NCBI RefSeq assembly: GCF_009914755.1
Contig: NC_060927.1
Origin: the human T2T-CHM13v2.0 reference genome, Homo sapiens
Length of the DNA: 64,000 nucleotides
Reading direction: 5' to 3' (one strand)
Position 1 is the first letter of the stretch, and every line of letters begins with the position of its first letter. A program made the position numbers and the translations under genes. Of this stretch, positions 15,494-30,420 are shown piece after piece. A model generated the notes under the pieces. That model searched no databases, was not told the DNA's origin, and saw nothing but the letters and a program-made list of their open reading frames with translations.

Positions 15494-15829
15494 TAAATGT
15501 GTGAAATCTCTAAACAGTTCCCCTCTTTCCATGCCCAGGAGCACCACTTCAGTTCAGACCTCCATGACCTGTCACATTGACTGTTGCAGAGTCTTTCCTG
15601 ATCACTTCCACACAGCTGCCACTGTGATCGTGTTTTTATCTTGTTCGAAACCCCTGAATGGCTCCCCATCACATCTGCTGTCCATTGTTTGCAGGCAGCA
15701 TCAGGGCCCTGAAGGGTTCCAGACTTGACTCTGTGGTCCTCCTCTTCTCCTATGTTCTCTTCAAGTTGGGCCGATGGTCCAAAGAGGCCAAAATGCTTAA
15801 CAATGAAGTATTAATTAGAACTTTGAAAA

Positions 15830-16065
15830 ATGAGTAATAATTATAACTACCATCATTGAGTGTATATTATGTGCCAGGAGTTGTGCTAGGCATCTCATGA
15901 CACTACCACGTTTAACCTACCTACTAGCTGAATGCAGTTAATATACCCATTTTATGGATGAGAAAAGAGTCTTAGAGAAATTAATTAAAGCTGGATGGTT
16001 ATTAAGTGAATGGAGCTTGGATTTGAACCCAGGTTTGTTTAACTTCAGAACCCCATGCTTTTAAT
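15830..16065. mobile_element. MIR SINE remnant
   Basis: cccattttatggatgagaaaag...ggatttgaacccagg MIR core motifs. Confidence 0.65.
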
Positions 16066-16199
16066 CAAGGGAAGAAGAATATTACAGGCAAGAATTCTAG
16101 CTTGGGTAAAAATTTGGAGGCAAGAATTAGTGTGCTATTTTAGAAGATATTCATAAGGACTGCATGCTGAAGAATAGAGATAGAAGTATGATGGGATAA

Positions 16200-16587
16200 T
16201 GTTTTAGTTTGCTAGGGCTGCCGTAACACAATACCACAGGCTGCGTGGCTTAAACAACGGAAATCTGTTTCTCACTGTTCTGGGAGATTGGAAGTTCAAG
16301 ATAAGGTGTTGGCAGGTTTGGTTTCTCCGAGGCCTCTCTCCTGACTTGTACATGGCCGCCTTCTCACTACGTCCTCACATGTGGCGTTTTCTCTGTGCAT
16401 GGGCATCCCTGGTGTCTCTACCCTCTTATAAAGATACCAGTCAGATTAGATGAGGACTCACCCCGACAGCCCATTTTTAACTTACACTCTTTAAAGGCCC
16501 CATCTCCAAACATAGCCACATTCTGCGGTACTGGGGGTTAGGACTTCAACATGTGAATTTTGGGGGGACACCATTCAGTCCATAACA
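16200..16587 (-). mobile_element. MaLR solo LTR (MLT1A/B/C-like)
   Basis: tgttttagtttgctagggctgccgtaac...ttcaacatgtgaattttggggggacaccattcagtccataaca. Confidence 0.85.
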
Positions 16588-17199
16588 GATAGGTTTGATG
16601 TAGCTTGATTTTAGAGGATGTGAAAACCAGGCACAGACATTTAGCTTTGATATGGAAGGTCATAAGGTCCAATTGTGGTTCAGCAGGGGAAAACATGAAT
16701 ATCATTGCTTCCTCAAGCAAACTTCTAGCTACTCTTAAACATAAAGGTAGTTAGAATTAGTAGAGTACTAAGGGGTGAATGGGGACCATTTCGGAGAGGG
16801 AACTATTAACACTTTTCTATAGTGGAATGAAAGAGTAGAAACAGTCAAATCTTTAATTCCTCTAGAGGTTTCTGGAAAAATGAAGATAATCCTTTGGTGA
16901 GGGTAGAGGGACAGAGTGGGGAATATGGCAAGTTTCATTTTAGACTTGATTATACTCTTGGCAACATGGAATTAGAACTCAGAGAAAAGGTCAGAGCTAG
17001 TAATAGGAATCAACTCTAGACAGGTCAGAACTGAACCTGTGGAAGTGGGTAAGATTGCTCAGACTTCAAAAAGGACAAGAGACAAGAATTCTCACATCTG
17101 AAACTGCTTTGTTGTCACACTGGTTTGGAGGATAGTAGGGAGGCTCTCCGGGAACTCTCTACGTAAAATAACACCTCTGGCTTTCTTCCTTGACCTTGC

Positions 17200-17400
17200 T
17201 TTGCTTTTCTTAGCACATCATGGCCACCTGGCATTATCTTATATAGCTTTTTGATTATTGTCTGTCTTTCCCAGTAGAATGTAAGCTCTGTAAGGGCATC
17301 GATGGCCTTTCTGTTCAGTACTGTATTCGCAGTATCTGGAAGCGTGTCCGGAACATTGTAGGTGGTCAATAAATATTTACTGAGTGAATCCATGAATAGG
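17200..17400. mobile_element. L2 3' end remnant
   Basis: tagaatgtaagctc...ggtcaataaatatttactgagtgaat. Confidence 0.65.
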
Positions 17401-19229
17401 TGAATTTCTATAATCAATATAATTTAATTTGATAATTAGATTGCTGGATATTTCCCTTTTATCTTTTCTTAAAGTAAAAATTTGTTCTTTAACAAATGTC
17501 TTTTAATAAATGAACGTACAGACACATATGTTTGAGAATCTCTAAATATCCAACCTAAAAACTTGGGTTTGTTTCTGTGTTTTCCCTTAACTTGTACTTT
17601 CCCCAAACCAAGATCACCTGGTCTCTTCTCTGCTACATCATTTCTTTATGACAAAGTAGTTATGACTCTCTTTAAAAAGCCAGGCATTTCAGCACTCTGG
17701 TTACTTTGATCAGATTATCTATTCGTATCTACTTTTATATTTTTTGTAACTTTCATAGGTTATTTGTGGAGTCCTTGGTTTCTGTGAGGTCTCTTTTCCC
17801 TGTATTTAAAGATTCCCATCTCATTGTACCGATGTGGGTGCCAGATCATATGAACATAAGAAATCTGTTTACACCATTCTCCATTCTTTTCTCTGGGAGT
17901 ACTGCCAATTATGGGATGGTGTGATGAAGTCATAAAATACAACCTTAGGTAGGATAGGCATTTAAACCAAGTCCACTCTCTTTCCTTTTTCTAAGGGATC
18001 ATAATCAAAGGTAAATGTGAATCTACTTGTATTTTATACAGGTGAAGACTCAGTAAATCTAGCTTTTCTTTCTCACTAGTCTGAGTGGTATACCTGGCAC
18101 TAGAATTATTGTGTTAAGTCATTTAAAGCAGTGACTCTTCAGCAGATGGGGAATTCCTCCTTAAAGGACTATTAAAAAATCATTGAGGAAGTGTTTTCAA
18201 GGGCCACACATCCCCTTTTTGAAAATCATAGTGGGTGATTGAGCCACAGCACTTAGCTTGAGCAACAGAGTGAGATCCTGTCTCAAAAAAAAAAAAAAAA
18301 GAAAAGAAAAAAGAAAAAAAAAGAAAAATCATACAGGCCACAGAGCACCTTTCTGATGGGGCATGCCATACCTGTCAGGTGGAAAACACAGGGTTGAGAA
18401 TCACAGAAGAAAGAATCTGAGAGTTAAACTGAACAGAGAACATGTAAAACGAAAGGGTGTCTTTGTTGGTTTCCATCCTCTCCTCTTTACTGCCGAATTA
18501 ACTTTTGGTCCCCCAGACCCCTTGTTTACTAGAATTTTATGGACGTTTAACACTGTATGGAATGATGTAGGCTGATGGGAAGAGGACACTCTGCAGGGCA
18601 ACAGGACAAGTCTATAAAATCCAGAATCAGATTAGGAGATGAAATTCTGAGCATGATTGTTGGAAAACAGAGAAAAAGAGAAGGACATCGACAAGAGAAC
18701 CTGTTTACTGAACCTATGGCCAGTTTAGTACATCTTTAAGAACTGTTCACTGTAATAGTTGTCTGACTTACAAATTCTACAGTTATGATATTTTTATAAT
18801 TATGCTCTTTTGTAATCAGTTTGATTGCATACGTGTGAAAGTGCTCTGGGAGAAAAATTCAATATAGATGCAAGGTATGACTAACAGCTTTTGTCCAACC
18901 TGTAATCTATCATTTTCCACTCCCTGTAGCCATATGCACACAAATAAGAGGGAGATTTACTCAATGGTCATAATAATTTATGGGAACAGGAATGGAACTA
19001 ACACTTATTAAGCATCTAGGATGTGTCAAGTACTTGACATACATTGTACATTATCTCATGCCATATTAGAAATTTGATTTAGATACTAGTATCTCAATTT
19101 ATAGGCAAGTAAACTGAGGCTCAGAGATTAAGAGATTTGCCCAAGGTCACGTAGCTGGTAAATGCTACAGATAGGTATGCAGGCTTCAAAGCCATGACAC
19201 TGCAGTGCCTCTAAGCACTTTTGCTTAAA

Positions 19230-19433
19230 GCAAGGGTTGGCAGACTTTTTCTGTAATGGGCCAAATAGTAAAAATTTTAGGTTTTGTGGGCCAAGAGACA
19301 AGATGGAGGATATTATGCAGGCACTTATATAAACATTTAAAATGTAATCATTTTAAAATGTAAAAACCATTTTTAGGTGACAGCTGTGCAATAGGTTGGA
19401 TTTGGCCTGCAGGCCGTAGTTGCCAACTCCTGG
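19230..19433. mobile_element. MER58A-like hAT MITE
   Basis: caagggttggcagactttttctgtaatgggcc...ggccgtagttgccaactcctg terminal inverted repeats. Confidence 0.75.
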
Positions 19434-22400
19434 CCTAAAGTATCCAGAAAATGTAAGCAAAAGCAATTTTGGGGAGGTAAGGTGATTGTTTGAATAAATA
19501 ATTGTCATCAACTTTGTATTAAATTTGCATAGTCTTTTAGTAACTGAGAATTCAGTTTTCCTCACTAATTCCAGTATTAAATTATCCCTTCATAAAATTC
19601 TTCCTGTTGATAGCTATGCATGTTTGATGTATTTTGTCTGTTAGTATGCATTGTGTTTGGCAAGATTTCATAACTGCATATTTTACCTCGCTCTTTGACC
19701 ATTCTCCCAGCTGTTACATACATTAGAGATAATGTGTGTATATAAAGTACATAGTATTCCGCATATGGCAGATATTAAATAGTGGTAGCTATTATAAACA
19801 TTATCAGTGTTCCAAAGTATTATTATATTATGGATCTATAATTTATTATTTTGTTGGTATTAATATATGTTACATATGATATAAGCTGATTTCTCCTCAG
19901 ATCTTAAATATTTTTATAACTAGTCTTTCTGTGTGGCACACACTACTGTCCTTGTTTACAGAAATTCAATATAAATCCCTAGAGACTTATAAAAACAAAC
20001 AAAAATTTCTTAAAATCCCCCAAAACAAAAAAACCTCAAGTTTTAAATTCTGAATTAAAAGTTCCAGAATTAAAATTCTTCTTGAAAAAATGTGGCATAT
20101 AAGGCATTCATGCCTTTAAATAAGACATAAAATTATATTCTTATCCCTCATTCAGTTTGACAAATATGTGTTACCTGTATTAAAAAGGGAAGGGGGAAGA
20201 AGATTTTGGATATGAAAGTTTTGCAAAACATAAATTCTAATCAACATGTTTATGAAGCAACTATGTACTGAACATTTACAAGTACTGTACTTCATTTCTA
20301 GATTAGTGAGCTCAATTTAAGCTCAATTTAACTCACCTTCCAAATTTAGCCTTTTCTTTGGGGGAAAAGAGGTTTAAGTCAAAATATAAAGGAAAAGTAT
20401 AATGGTTAGAAGTTTCTTAGCTTTAGGCCTTTGCAGATCCATGTAGGCCAAACCTCATACAAAGGAATGGTGAAGGGTCTTTCGTCAAAAATTTTCTTAA
20501 TTTCTGTGGATCCTAAAATTCAACTATAAAATATTCAGTTCTTTGGGGTTAATTGCCTTCAAAATTTTTTTTCTCCTTAAAAAGTAAATATTACCAGGAA
20601 AAGTAACAGTTATCATTTATTTGTAGTACAATGTAAATTAGCTTATTAGTTTTCTTCCTGAAAACTGAGATCCTTTCCCAGAGCATGTACATTTTTTACA
20701 GTAGAAGGGTACAGGGATGGGTAATTTTGAACTATGTATTACTGTCTAGAATCTGCGGATTTGTGTAGGAAAGAGTGTCACAAAGAAGAATGGAGAGGAA
20801 AAAAGGAGGGAGAAAGGGGAGTTGGGATTAGAAGATACTTTTTGGTCCTTCACCATTCTGTTTTAAGGCAGTTCAGATTTTAGTGTCCTTTAAAGCAGGC
20901 AAGAGTTGACAGTATTCCCACATTCAGTGTTTAGGAGGATGCTTTCATTCATATGTGTGGAAATGAAACTTTTGGAGTTGTCAACAAGTCAGAGAAAGCA
21001 GAAGAAGCCATGGAACTTGTAATGCTCTCTGCCTTTTTGGACAAAGCTCACCTACTTCATTTTTACCTCTTGGTGTCTATAGTGGGTAAAGTTCATCATT
21101 ATAAATAGAAACCAGAAAACACTCTCATGAGCTAAGAACCATTTACAGGGTGAAAGTTAGGAAAGTGCACTTGTTTCATGTGGATGTTTTGTGTGAGTTT
21201 TGATTATTACTATTAGAAAGTGTGGTACACAGGTAGCCCTTCAGACTAACACCAAACATCACTCCTTCATATATATGATTTTGTATGAACCATATGCATT
21301 TTATAGTATGTGGATATTTTCTGAAATCAAATGGAAGAACTTTTCATTTCTTTAGAAATGAAATGTTAAAGGGGAAGAAAAATTTGTTTTGTTTTCAGTT
21401 TAAACACTTGGATTTCTGCTGGGCTAGAAAGATGGGATGCTGCAAAGGTATTTCAGGGTACTGTAGCATTGCTGTGATTCAGGGTCTGTTTATAAGGCAT
21501 CTGTTTATTGGGATGTTCAACTGTGTGACCTGACTTTGTGCAAGGTGCCTCTCTGGCTGCCCATCAGGGGACAGACCTTGTGTACCTGCTGGAAAGCAGT
21601 GGAGTTACTTTACATAGTGGACGACTCACTCACACCTAGTGGGTGCTCAGAAAATATTTGTGAAGAGGACAAAGTGGTATATGGCATCTCCTTTGATGCT
21701 TTCATATAAAAGGAAGTTGCAGAGAGATGACTCCGGGGACACTATTAATTTTGTCTTCACACAATCAGTCCATAATATGCAAAGTTGTACATACTATACA
21801 TACAGTACTTAACGGGGTATCAAGTTTATTCTCTTAGCACTGAGCAGGATGTTCTGAGATGTGCAAACCTTTTGCTAATTCATCTGTATGATGATTAGGT
21901 TACTGGTTGGAGAAATTTCCTCAATATGGTATACTGTGCTTTGATATCAGGTGCTAATAATTTGCTGCAAACAGGACCTAGAGAATTACTTTTAAAGACA
22001 ACCTTTTGATCTTTCCAGATTAAAACATACAAAAGAATAGGTTACACTCTTGTAAGGAAAAAGCTTACAGAACTTACTAACTACAGCTGTCTGTGCCATA
22101 GCCTGGTTGGTCAGGTGGCCTATTGGGAAGTATATAAGTGCCAGTAGAACTGAGTTCATATGTCTCAGAAATAGTAATTGTTTCTATTACATGGATACCA
22201 TATGGACCAGAATGTTCATACAGCCAGGTATAAGCTCCACAAAGACAGAGATTAGTGTTTGTCTGAGGTACCGCTGTGCCCCAGTACTTAGAAAAGTACC
22301 TGACATTTATAAAGCACTACCATATTGAAGAATAACTAGAATTTGAAAATATGTGGTCTGATTTACTCATCTGCATTAGAAAAATCTGTTAGAATACCCT

Positions 22401-23234
22401 GAAGTTTAAATGTTTCTTGAGATGTTGAAGTATGTTTTACATTGCTATGGGGATAATAAATTATTATTTTTAAGGAAAAGCATTCAACAAATCAACATAT
22501 AAGATGATATCTGTTTTGAAAGCTCCTGAAAGATTTTATGTTCTTTACAAAGAATTCTGGGCAAAAGGCAGCTGGGTTTTTATATTTACAAGATAGATGA
22601 AAATAGTTTTATAATAATCCAAGTGCAGAGAATGAGGAGATTCTAATTCAAGGGGCCAAAGTATTTGTTTTGATGTCTGTACGGTATTGACATAAAATAA
22701 TTTTGGAAGCATTTCCACTTGTTTCTACCATCCAGTTAAATATGTACCAAGTAACTACCTACTAAGTAACAGGTACTTGGCTATTGACAAGGGATACATG
22801 TCTTGGGAGCTTATAGTGGAATAGAGGAGACAGACTCATAAATGGTTAATTTTAGCACATCCTAAGAGCTATGATAGAAGTCTGTGTGGGGACTGAGAGG
22901 AAAGGCCCTTAGTCCAGAAGTGGGGTTGAGAGTTGGGGTCAGGGGAGGAAGGGAGGGTCAGGAAAGGCTCCAGAAGTGTTGGATATTAAGTGAGTCTTGA
23001 GTGAGTGTTGGGTATTAAGTGAGCATGAGATTTTGGTTGAGGAAGAGGAGAGAAGAACAGCAAGAGCAAAGTCTCAGAGCTGTGGGAAACTATACTCAGT
23101 TTCGTGTTACTGAAGGTAATGAGGAAGATGAAGCTTGTGAGGAAGGCAGGACTTGGACATCTGTCATTCTAAGAAGACTGGACTCCATGCTAAAAGCAGT
23201 AGAGAGCCACTGAAGGATTTTTAAATAGTGTAGA

Positions 23235-23369
23235 GCAAGCTTGTCCAACCTGTGGCCCATGGGCTGCATGTGGCCCAGGATGGCTTTGAATGTGGCCCAA
23301 CACAAATTCATAAACTCTCTTAAAACATTATGAGATTCTTTTGTGATGTTTTTTCTTTTTCTTTTTTCA

Positions 23370-23400
<31 letters not shown>

Positions 23401-23500
23401 AGCTCTTCAGCTGCCATTAGTGTTAGTGTATTTTATGTGTGGCCCAAGACAATTCTTCTTCCAGTGTGGCCCAGGGAAGCCAAAAGATTGAACACCCCTG
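23235..23500. mobile_element. MER30-like hAT MITE
   Basis: caagcttgtccaacc...gtggcccagg...ccaaaagattgaacacccctg. Confidence 0.8.
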
Positions 23501-23808
23501 GTGTGGAGGAATTCTTAGAAGAATTCCTGGCATTCCAGCATTCCATTGGTATGCCGATGGCAGTCTGGAGGATGGGTTTTAAGTGGGCAAGGCTGGATGG
23601 GTGATCATTTGCATCAAGTAAGAGATAAAGGCCTGTCTTGGATAGTGGAAATTAGAGATGGAGAAGAGAGGAGGGTTTCAGAACCAGGTGTTCAACAATT
23701 ATGAGTCCAATCTGGAACTTTTGAGTTGACTGATAGGACATTGCCTACATTCGATCCCTAAAAATTATTTAAATCTGTACTTACTAATTTATTTTTAAAA
23801 ACTGTATT

Positions 23809-23840
<32 letters not shown>

Positions 23841-23944
23841 CTTCATGCAAACAGTATTGTTTCACATCTTTGCAAATTTCTTAACATCCGGTTTTACAGA
23901 AGACAGATTTTCATATTTGCTTCTGCATTTAATTTGTTGCAGTT

Positions 23945-24244
23945 GACCAGGTGCAGGGGTTTACGCCTGTAATCCTAGTGACTTGGGAGGCTGAGGTGGG
24001 AGGATCACTTGAAGCCAGGAGTTCCAGACAAGCCTAGGCAACACAGCCAGACCCCATCTCTACAAAACATGAAAAATAAAAAAAATTAGCCAGGCCTGGT
24101 GGGGCATGCCTGTAGTCCTAGCTACTGGGGAGACTGAGGTGGGAGGAGAGACTGAGCCCAGGAGTTAGAGGTTACAATGAGCTATAATCATGCCATTGCA
24201 CTCCAGCCTGAGTGACAGAGTGAAACCCTGTCTCTTAAAAAAGA
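23945..24244 (+). mobile_element. Alu (AluJ-like)
   Basis: Alu consensus. Confidence 0.88.
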
Positions 24245-25777
24245 AACATGTGTCACAATATCTTATGTTGGTGAAAGTATAAAGAAAATCTGGTCTCATA
24301 CACAAATGTAGTTGGTAAAGGAAGAAATAGCTTAATAGTCTTTTCAGGTAATTTGGATATTCTAATTTAATATTATACCAAAACAAGTGGTAGTTCCTTA
24401 AAGGAGAGATGCAAGATGGAACCTGAAACCATATCAATGAACTTTTTATCTTCTGATGCATTAAAATCCATTGGCCACATCTTCTGATACATTAAAATCC
24501 ATTGGCCACTTTGAATGGCTCTTTCACCCATGTGTGATTTTATAATGTCTTGCATTGTTCATTTGGAAATTATTAGTTAATTGAGTTATGCAAATTTTCT
24601 AAATGTTGCCACATTTCATTATATAATATAAAAAAATCACATTTGTTAATAGCGCATCATCACTGGGCTCATCAAAAAAGTCTTCTAGAACTAGGAAGCT
24701 ATCAAGCTCAAGGTGTCCAACAGAAGTTTCCCAAAATTGTAATTTTTATTGAAAAACTTGAATTTTATTATTGGCAACAAATACTGTTATTTTCCTTAAC
24801 ATGACAGGCTCACTTTGTTCATTAAAACACAAAACCAAACCAAACCAAAAACTGACAAATACCTGAGTCTGAAACAGTTTGTCAGTCAAGTATAATTGGT
24901 GTTCCATGAAAAACAGAGGGCAGTTCAACTCACAACTCAAACAGTATTTGATTAGAACAAATGGCAATGACATACTGTTCAAGCTAATAGACAAGTGCAT
25001 TTCCTTGAGACAATTGTCATATTTCAGGATGCAGCACAAACTTCTATGCATATTTCCCATCTTGCCACATAAAATATTAAAATGATGTATACAAGAGTCA
25101 ATTAATATTGTTACTGCTTCATCCAGGACTTTTTAGGTGAAACTGGCTTTTATTCTTTTTCTTTCTGCAAGTAGACAGTGGTGAAGAATACAATGATTAC
25201 TAGTTCATTTTGTTGCTGCTGCCTTGATTTGTTTTAAGGCACCATTAGTTATACCCATTGCTTTTGTACCATCATTTCAAATGTAAACACAATTGTTTCA
25301 GGATAAATGATGAGATTCGAAAAGTTATTGTACATTTTGAATGTTTCAGCATTCCTTGTGTTTGTTGTCATGCATTAAAATAAAACACCTTTGATGACTG
25401 GCCGGTGCTGGAAATGAATATAACCGAAATAGCAAGTCCAGACAGTCCATAGATCTATCCATTTCTAAGGCAAAAGTGCAATTTTGCAGACAAAACCAGT
25501 TTGCAGTTAAGTCTTTAATTCAGTGAGCTGCTGCATTGTTGCAAAGTGGCAGTGCTGTGATTTCTTTTGCTGACTTTTCATCTAGAAAATATTCAGCAAA
25601 ATAAACTCTACCAGGCTTTATTGGTCTTTCACCTATGATGTTCATTTCTTCAGCCAAAGCAGTACAATAACTTATCCTGTAAGATACTGGCTTTTTCATC
25701 TCAAGTTTGAAAAGCTGTTCCAAATTGTCTTTGGCTTTTCAAAAGTTCATTACATCTACACTTAAAAATCCAATTCT

Positions 25778-26393
<616 letters not shown>

Positions 26394-27539
26394 CAGCCCT
26401 CAATTCCTTTTTTGAAACTCTGGATTATTGGTCTCAAGATAGTGTTACAATGTTAATTGACACCATAAAACTAAAAAATGTTCTATTGCATAAGATACAA
26501 TAAGGTAAATTATTAACATTTATAAAGCCTGGGGAAAGATAGCGTTCTCATATTTTTATTTCTTCTTTACAGTTTCTTCCAGTAGCTTTGGATTAGATTT
26601 CTCCCCTCTATGAGTTGTCACAGAACTCTCTGATGTATCATTTCATCTTTTTCAGTATCTTTAGATGTAGACAGTACCTCTGAGCCTGGAGTAAATGAAT
26701 CCTCTAATCTCGTTTTTTAAAGCAAAAGATGAGGCTTCAGAGTCAGTTAGATGAAGATTTCAATCTCTTCTTTGCTTTCGATGGAGCAGTGTAACTGGAC
26801 AAATTCTCAAGGCCCCATATTTCGTATACAGTTTTTGTGCATCAGAAATCTCTTGAGTGTTTTTGAGGGTTCTGGTTCAAAGTGTCTCGTAAGACTATAG
26901 TCAAGATGTTGGCCAGAGCTGCAGTCATCTGAAGGCCCGATGTGCAGCTGGAGAATCTACTTTCAAAGTAGCTCACTCACATGGCGGGCATATTGGTGCT
27001 GGCTGTTGGCCTCAGTTGACTTTTCCAGACAGTGTCCTCGTAACATGGTGGCTGTCTCCCACAGCATGAGTGTTCAACCATATTTGATTAGAACAATGGC
27101 AGCATCCTATCATTCGACTTAATAGATCAAACTGAATTTGTATTTCAACATTTACATAAAGCAAAGTACATTTAAATTTTTTTGTAGCGATATTAACTGT
27201 TTTTGATGTGTATGGGAGGGCTTCTGGGCATTGGGGGTTGTGGTCTTGTCAAACAGTACTATTGCTTTGGCATTGCACAGAAAACTTCGTTTTGAAACAT
27301 TAGTCTTTTGTTGACCATCTTGGTCTAGATTAAGTTCTCCAGAGGCCATGAATTTGTGGCTTGAATTTTCATATCTCATGTAAAATGGGAAGATAATTAA
27401 TTAAAACAGGAGGATAATTAATTTTGTAAAAAATTACTTTCTACGGATTTATTTGAATGGGCATTTAAATCCTTTATTATACATAAAATATTGGTGGGTA
27501 GAAAACAAAATTCAAATAGATTTTATTGAGAAACTCTAA

Positions 27540-28042
27540 TGTATTAGGGTTCTCCAGAGAAACAGAACCAATAGGGTACATATAAATATGTAGAAAGAGA
27601 TTTATTATGAAGGATTGGCTCACACAATTATGCAGGCCAACAAGTCCCACCATCTGCCATCCATAAGCTGAAGAACCAGAAGAGCTGGTGATGCAGTTCT
27701 AGGTCAAGCCTGAAGGCCTGAGAACCAGGTGAGCTGGTGGTGTAAGTCCTAGTCAGAGTCTGAAGGCCCAAGAACCAGGAGTGCTGATGTCTAAGGGTAG
27801 GAAAGGATGGATGTCCCAGCTCAAGAAGATAGCTTCAGGCTTTTTGTTCTATTCTGGCCCTCAGTGGATTGCAGAATGCCTGCCCGCATTGGCGAAGGGG
27901 GATCTTACTTTACTCTGTCTACTGATTCAAATGCAAATATCTGCCAGAAACACTCTCACAGACATACCCCAAAATGATGTTGTACCAGCTGCCTGGGCAT
28001 GCCTTAATCCAGTCGAATTGACACATCAAATTAACCATCACA
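27540..28042 (-). mobile_element. MLT2 (ERVL) solo LTR
   Basis: tgtattagggttctccagagaaacagaaccaatagg...ttgacacatcaaattaaccatcaca. Confidence 0.85.
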
Positions 28043-28233
28043 CTCAACATCTTATTTGGAGCATCTTTTAAATGATTTTGGTTTCCAAGGAATTGCAATT
28101 ACTGAAGTCTTGTGTTTTCCACAGATAAACCAAGGGATTTGTTTTCTTTTTTATTTTTTAAAGTTATCAAAAAGTTGGAGGGAGAGGCAGCAAGAAGTTT
28201 TAGGGAAATACACTTGTGAGAAACAAGGAAATA

Positions 28234-28574
28234 CAGTCATGCATTGCTTAACGATGCTACATTCTGAGAAATGTGTCGTTAAGTGATTTTGTCGTTGTTT
28301 GAACATTATGGAATGCACTTGCACAAACCTAGATAGTCTAGCCTGCTAGTCACCTAGGCTCTGTGGTATAGTCTATTGCTCCTGGTCTATAAACCTGCAC
28401 AGCATGTTACTGTACTGAATACTGTAGGCAACTGTAACACAGAGGTATTTGTCTATCTAAACATATGGAAACATAGAAAAGAAACAGTAAAAATATGGTA
28501 TTACAGTCTTACAGGACCACCATTGTACATGGAGTTCATTATTGACTTAAACATCATTTTGTGGGGTATGGCTG
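28234..28574. mobile_element. Tigger3-like (TcMar) MITE
   Basis: TA|cagtcatgcattgcttaacgatg...tatggctg|TA with degenerate TIRs and TA target duplication. Confidence 0.75.
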
Positions 28575-30007
28575 TATTTACTTTGGACCTACCCCCACCA
28601 GGGTCTTATGCCACCTACTAATACTGAGTAACAATCCAAACTCATCGTGTCCCCCCCTTCGTCCTAAAACCCAAACATTCTGCTCTGTGATCCCTTGTGA
28701 TCTGGAGCTGGTGGCCCTGTTCACCTGGTCGTGGCTCCAAGCCATGGCCTGACTGGGGACCCTTTCATTTCTCCCCCCCTCCAAAAGAGCGAGACCTGTG
28801 GGTTCTGCCCTAGCAATGCTGCCCAGCTCTGCTTTCTGTCAATTTACTTTCTCCTTTCCCACTGTATCTGCCCCAGTGCCCAGTCATTTCTCTCCTGGGC
28901 TACTGCAGTGGATCCTAATGGCCTCTGGGCTCCTCATCTTCTCTCAACTGCTTGCAGATTAATTTTGCCTACCTAAAATTCATGTTTTCTCAATGTTTAT
29001 TAAATAAAATTCCAGTGTCTCAGCTGCTGGAGGTGCTCCACCCAAAGGCACCAAGTTATCTTTTATATTTAATGCCATCTTCTCCTCTTGACAATCGTAA
29101 AAGGGGACTATACACTCTAATATGAACCCTCTCCTTAATTCTTTGCTCTTGTTCTTTCTGTAAATGCTGTGGGCCCCAATCCCACCCATCCTTTAGGACC
29201 TATCTTAAATGCCACCACCCCTGCAAAGATTTTCCTCCTGACCTCCTTTTTCCTCTACCAGACCTGTTGTTTCTCCTTTTAGGTGGCTCACTGAACTTTG
29301 TATCCCTCGTGTTATTTAATCATAATCGGTTTATTTAAACATAGCATGTGTGTACTTAACCTTATCATTCCCGCATTTTTTGCTAGTTGGACTTGAACAA
29401 ATAGTTGTATAAATCCATTGGAAAAAAGTATTCAAGATAGGAAAGGCCAAAATTACTGTGTTAGTTTATCAGATAGTGTAAAGCTATGCAGAATTTTAAA
29501 AGTTATATCTACATATACTACAGCACCTACATGTTTGTGTATTATTTTGCTAAGATGGCTTTGTTCTAGTATTGAAGGATACAGAAGTGTGGCATTACTT
29601 TTTATTCATGGCTGCACCTAAAACATTATTTGCGTCCCAGCAGATAATTTGAGAACATAAAAATGCTCCAACATCTCTTTCAGTTCGGGATGTTGCCTAA
29701 AACCGTCGACAAACGCTATGTTTGAGAAGGGAGGCTACGCTGGGGCGCCGGAGGAGACAGGCCCTTAAGAACCTTCCAGAGATGCCTTAACTGGGCTAAC
29801 AGCTCGCCGCGCCGGGGCAGGCAGAGGGGTGCGGGGCGCGCTCCTTCCAGGACTTGCCAGTCCCCAAGAACCAGGCCAACCGGTTCCCTCCACTGACTCC
29901 CGCCTCCCTCTGCAGGCCCAGCCCTGCGCCGCGCGCCCTCTCCCCGGGCGCCCAGGCCCGGCGGGGGCCTAGAGGGCAGGGATGGCCCGGGCGAGGGACG
30001 GGGTCCC

Positions 30008-30056
30008 GGAGGCGGGAGGCGGGAGGCGGGAGGCGGGAAGCGGGAGGCTGGAAGCC
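30008..30056. repeat. 7-bp tandem repeat (GGAGGCG) x7, degenerate at the 3' end
   Basis: ggaggcg x4, ggaagcg, ggaggct, ggaagcc. Confidence 0.85.
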
Positions 30057-30420
30057 GCGCGCTGTCGGGGTTTCCCGGTGAAGGGCAGGCAAACAACCGG
30101 TCGGTCTGGGCGGAGCCGGGCGGGCGGGGCGAGGGCGGAGGGCGGAGGGCGCATTGCCTCATCCTGTACATTTTACTGGAAATCGGACGCATCCGGAGGA
30201 GGGGCTGGGAGGCGGCCCGGGCACCGCCAATGGCCGGGCCGGGCGCCGGGGAGGTCGGCGAGCGCTGCGGCCCGTTAAATACCCTGGCAGTCCCGCGCCG
30301 CGCCCGTACTGGCCCGCGCCGTCCGCCCGCCGACAGCTCCCTGAGCCAGCCCGGGAGGCAGCCGCGCGCAGCGAGCCGGTGGCGCAGGTGTCGGGGTCCT
30401 CGAGCGCCCAGCCTGGGAGC

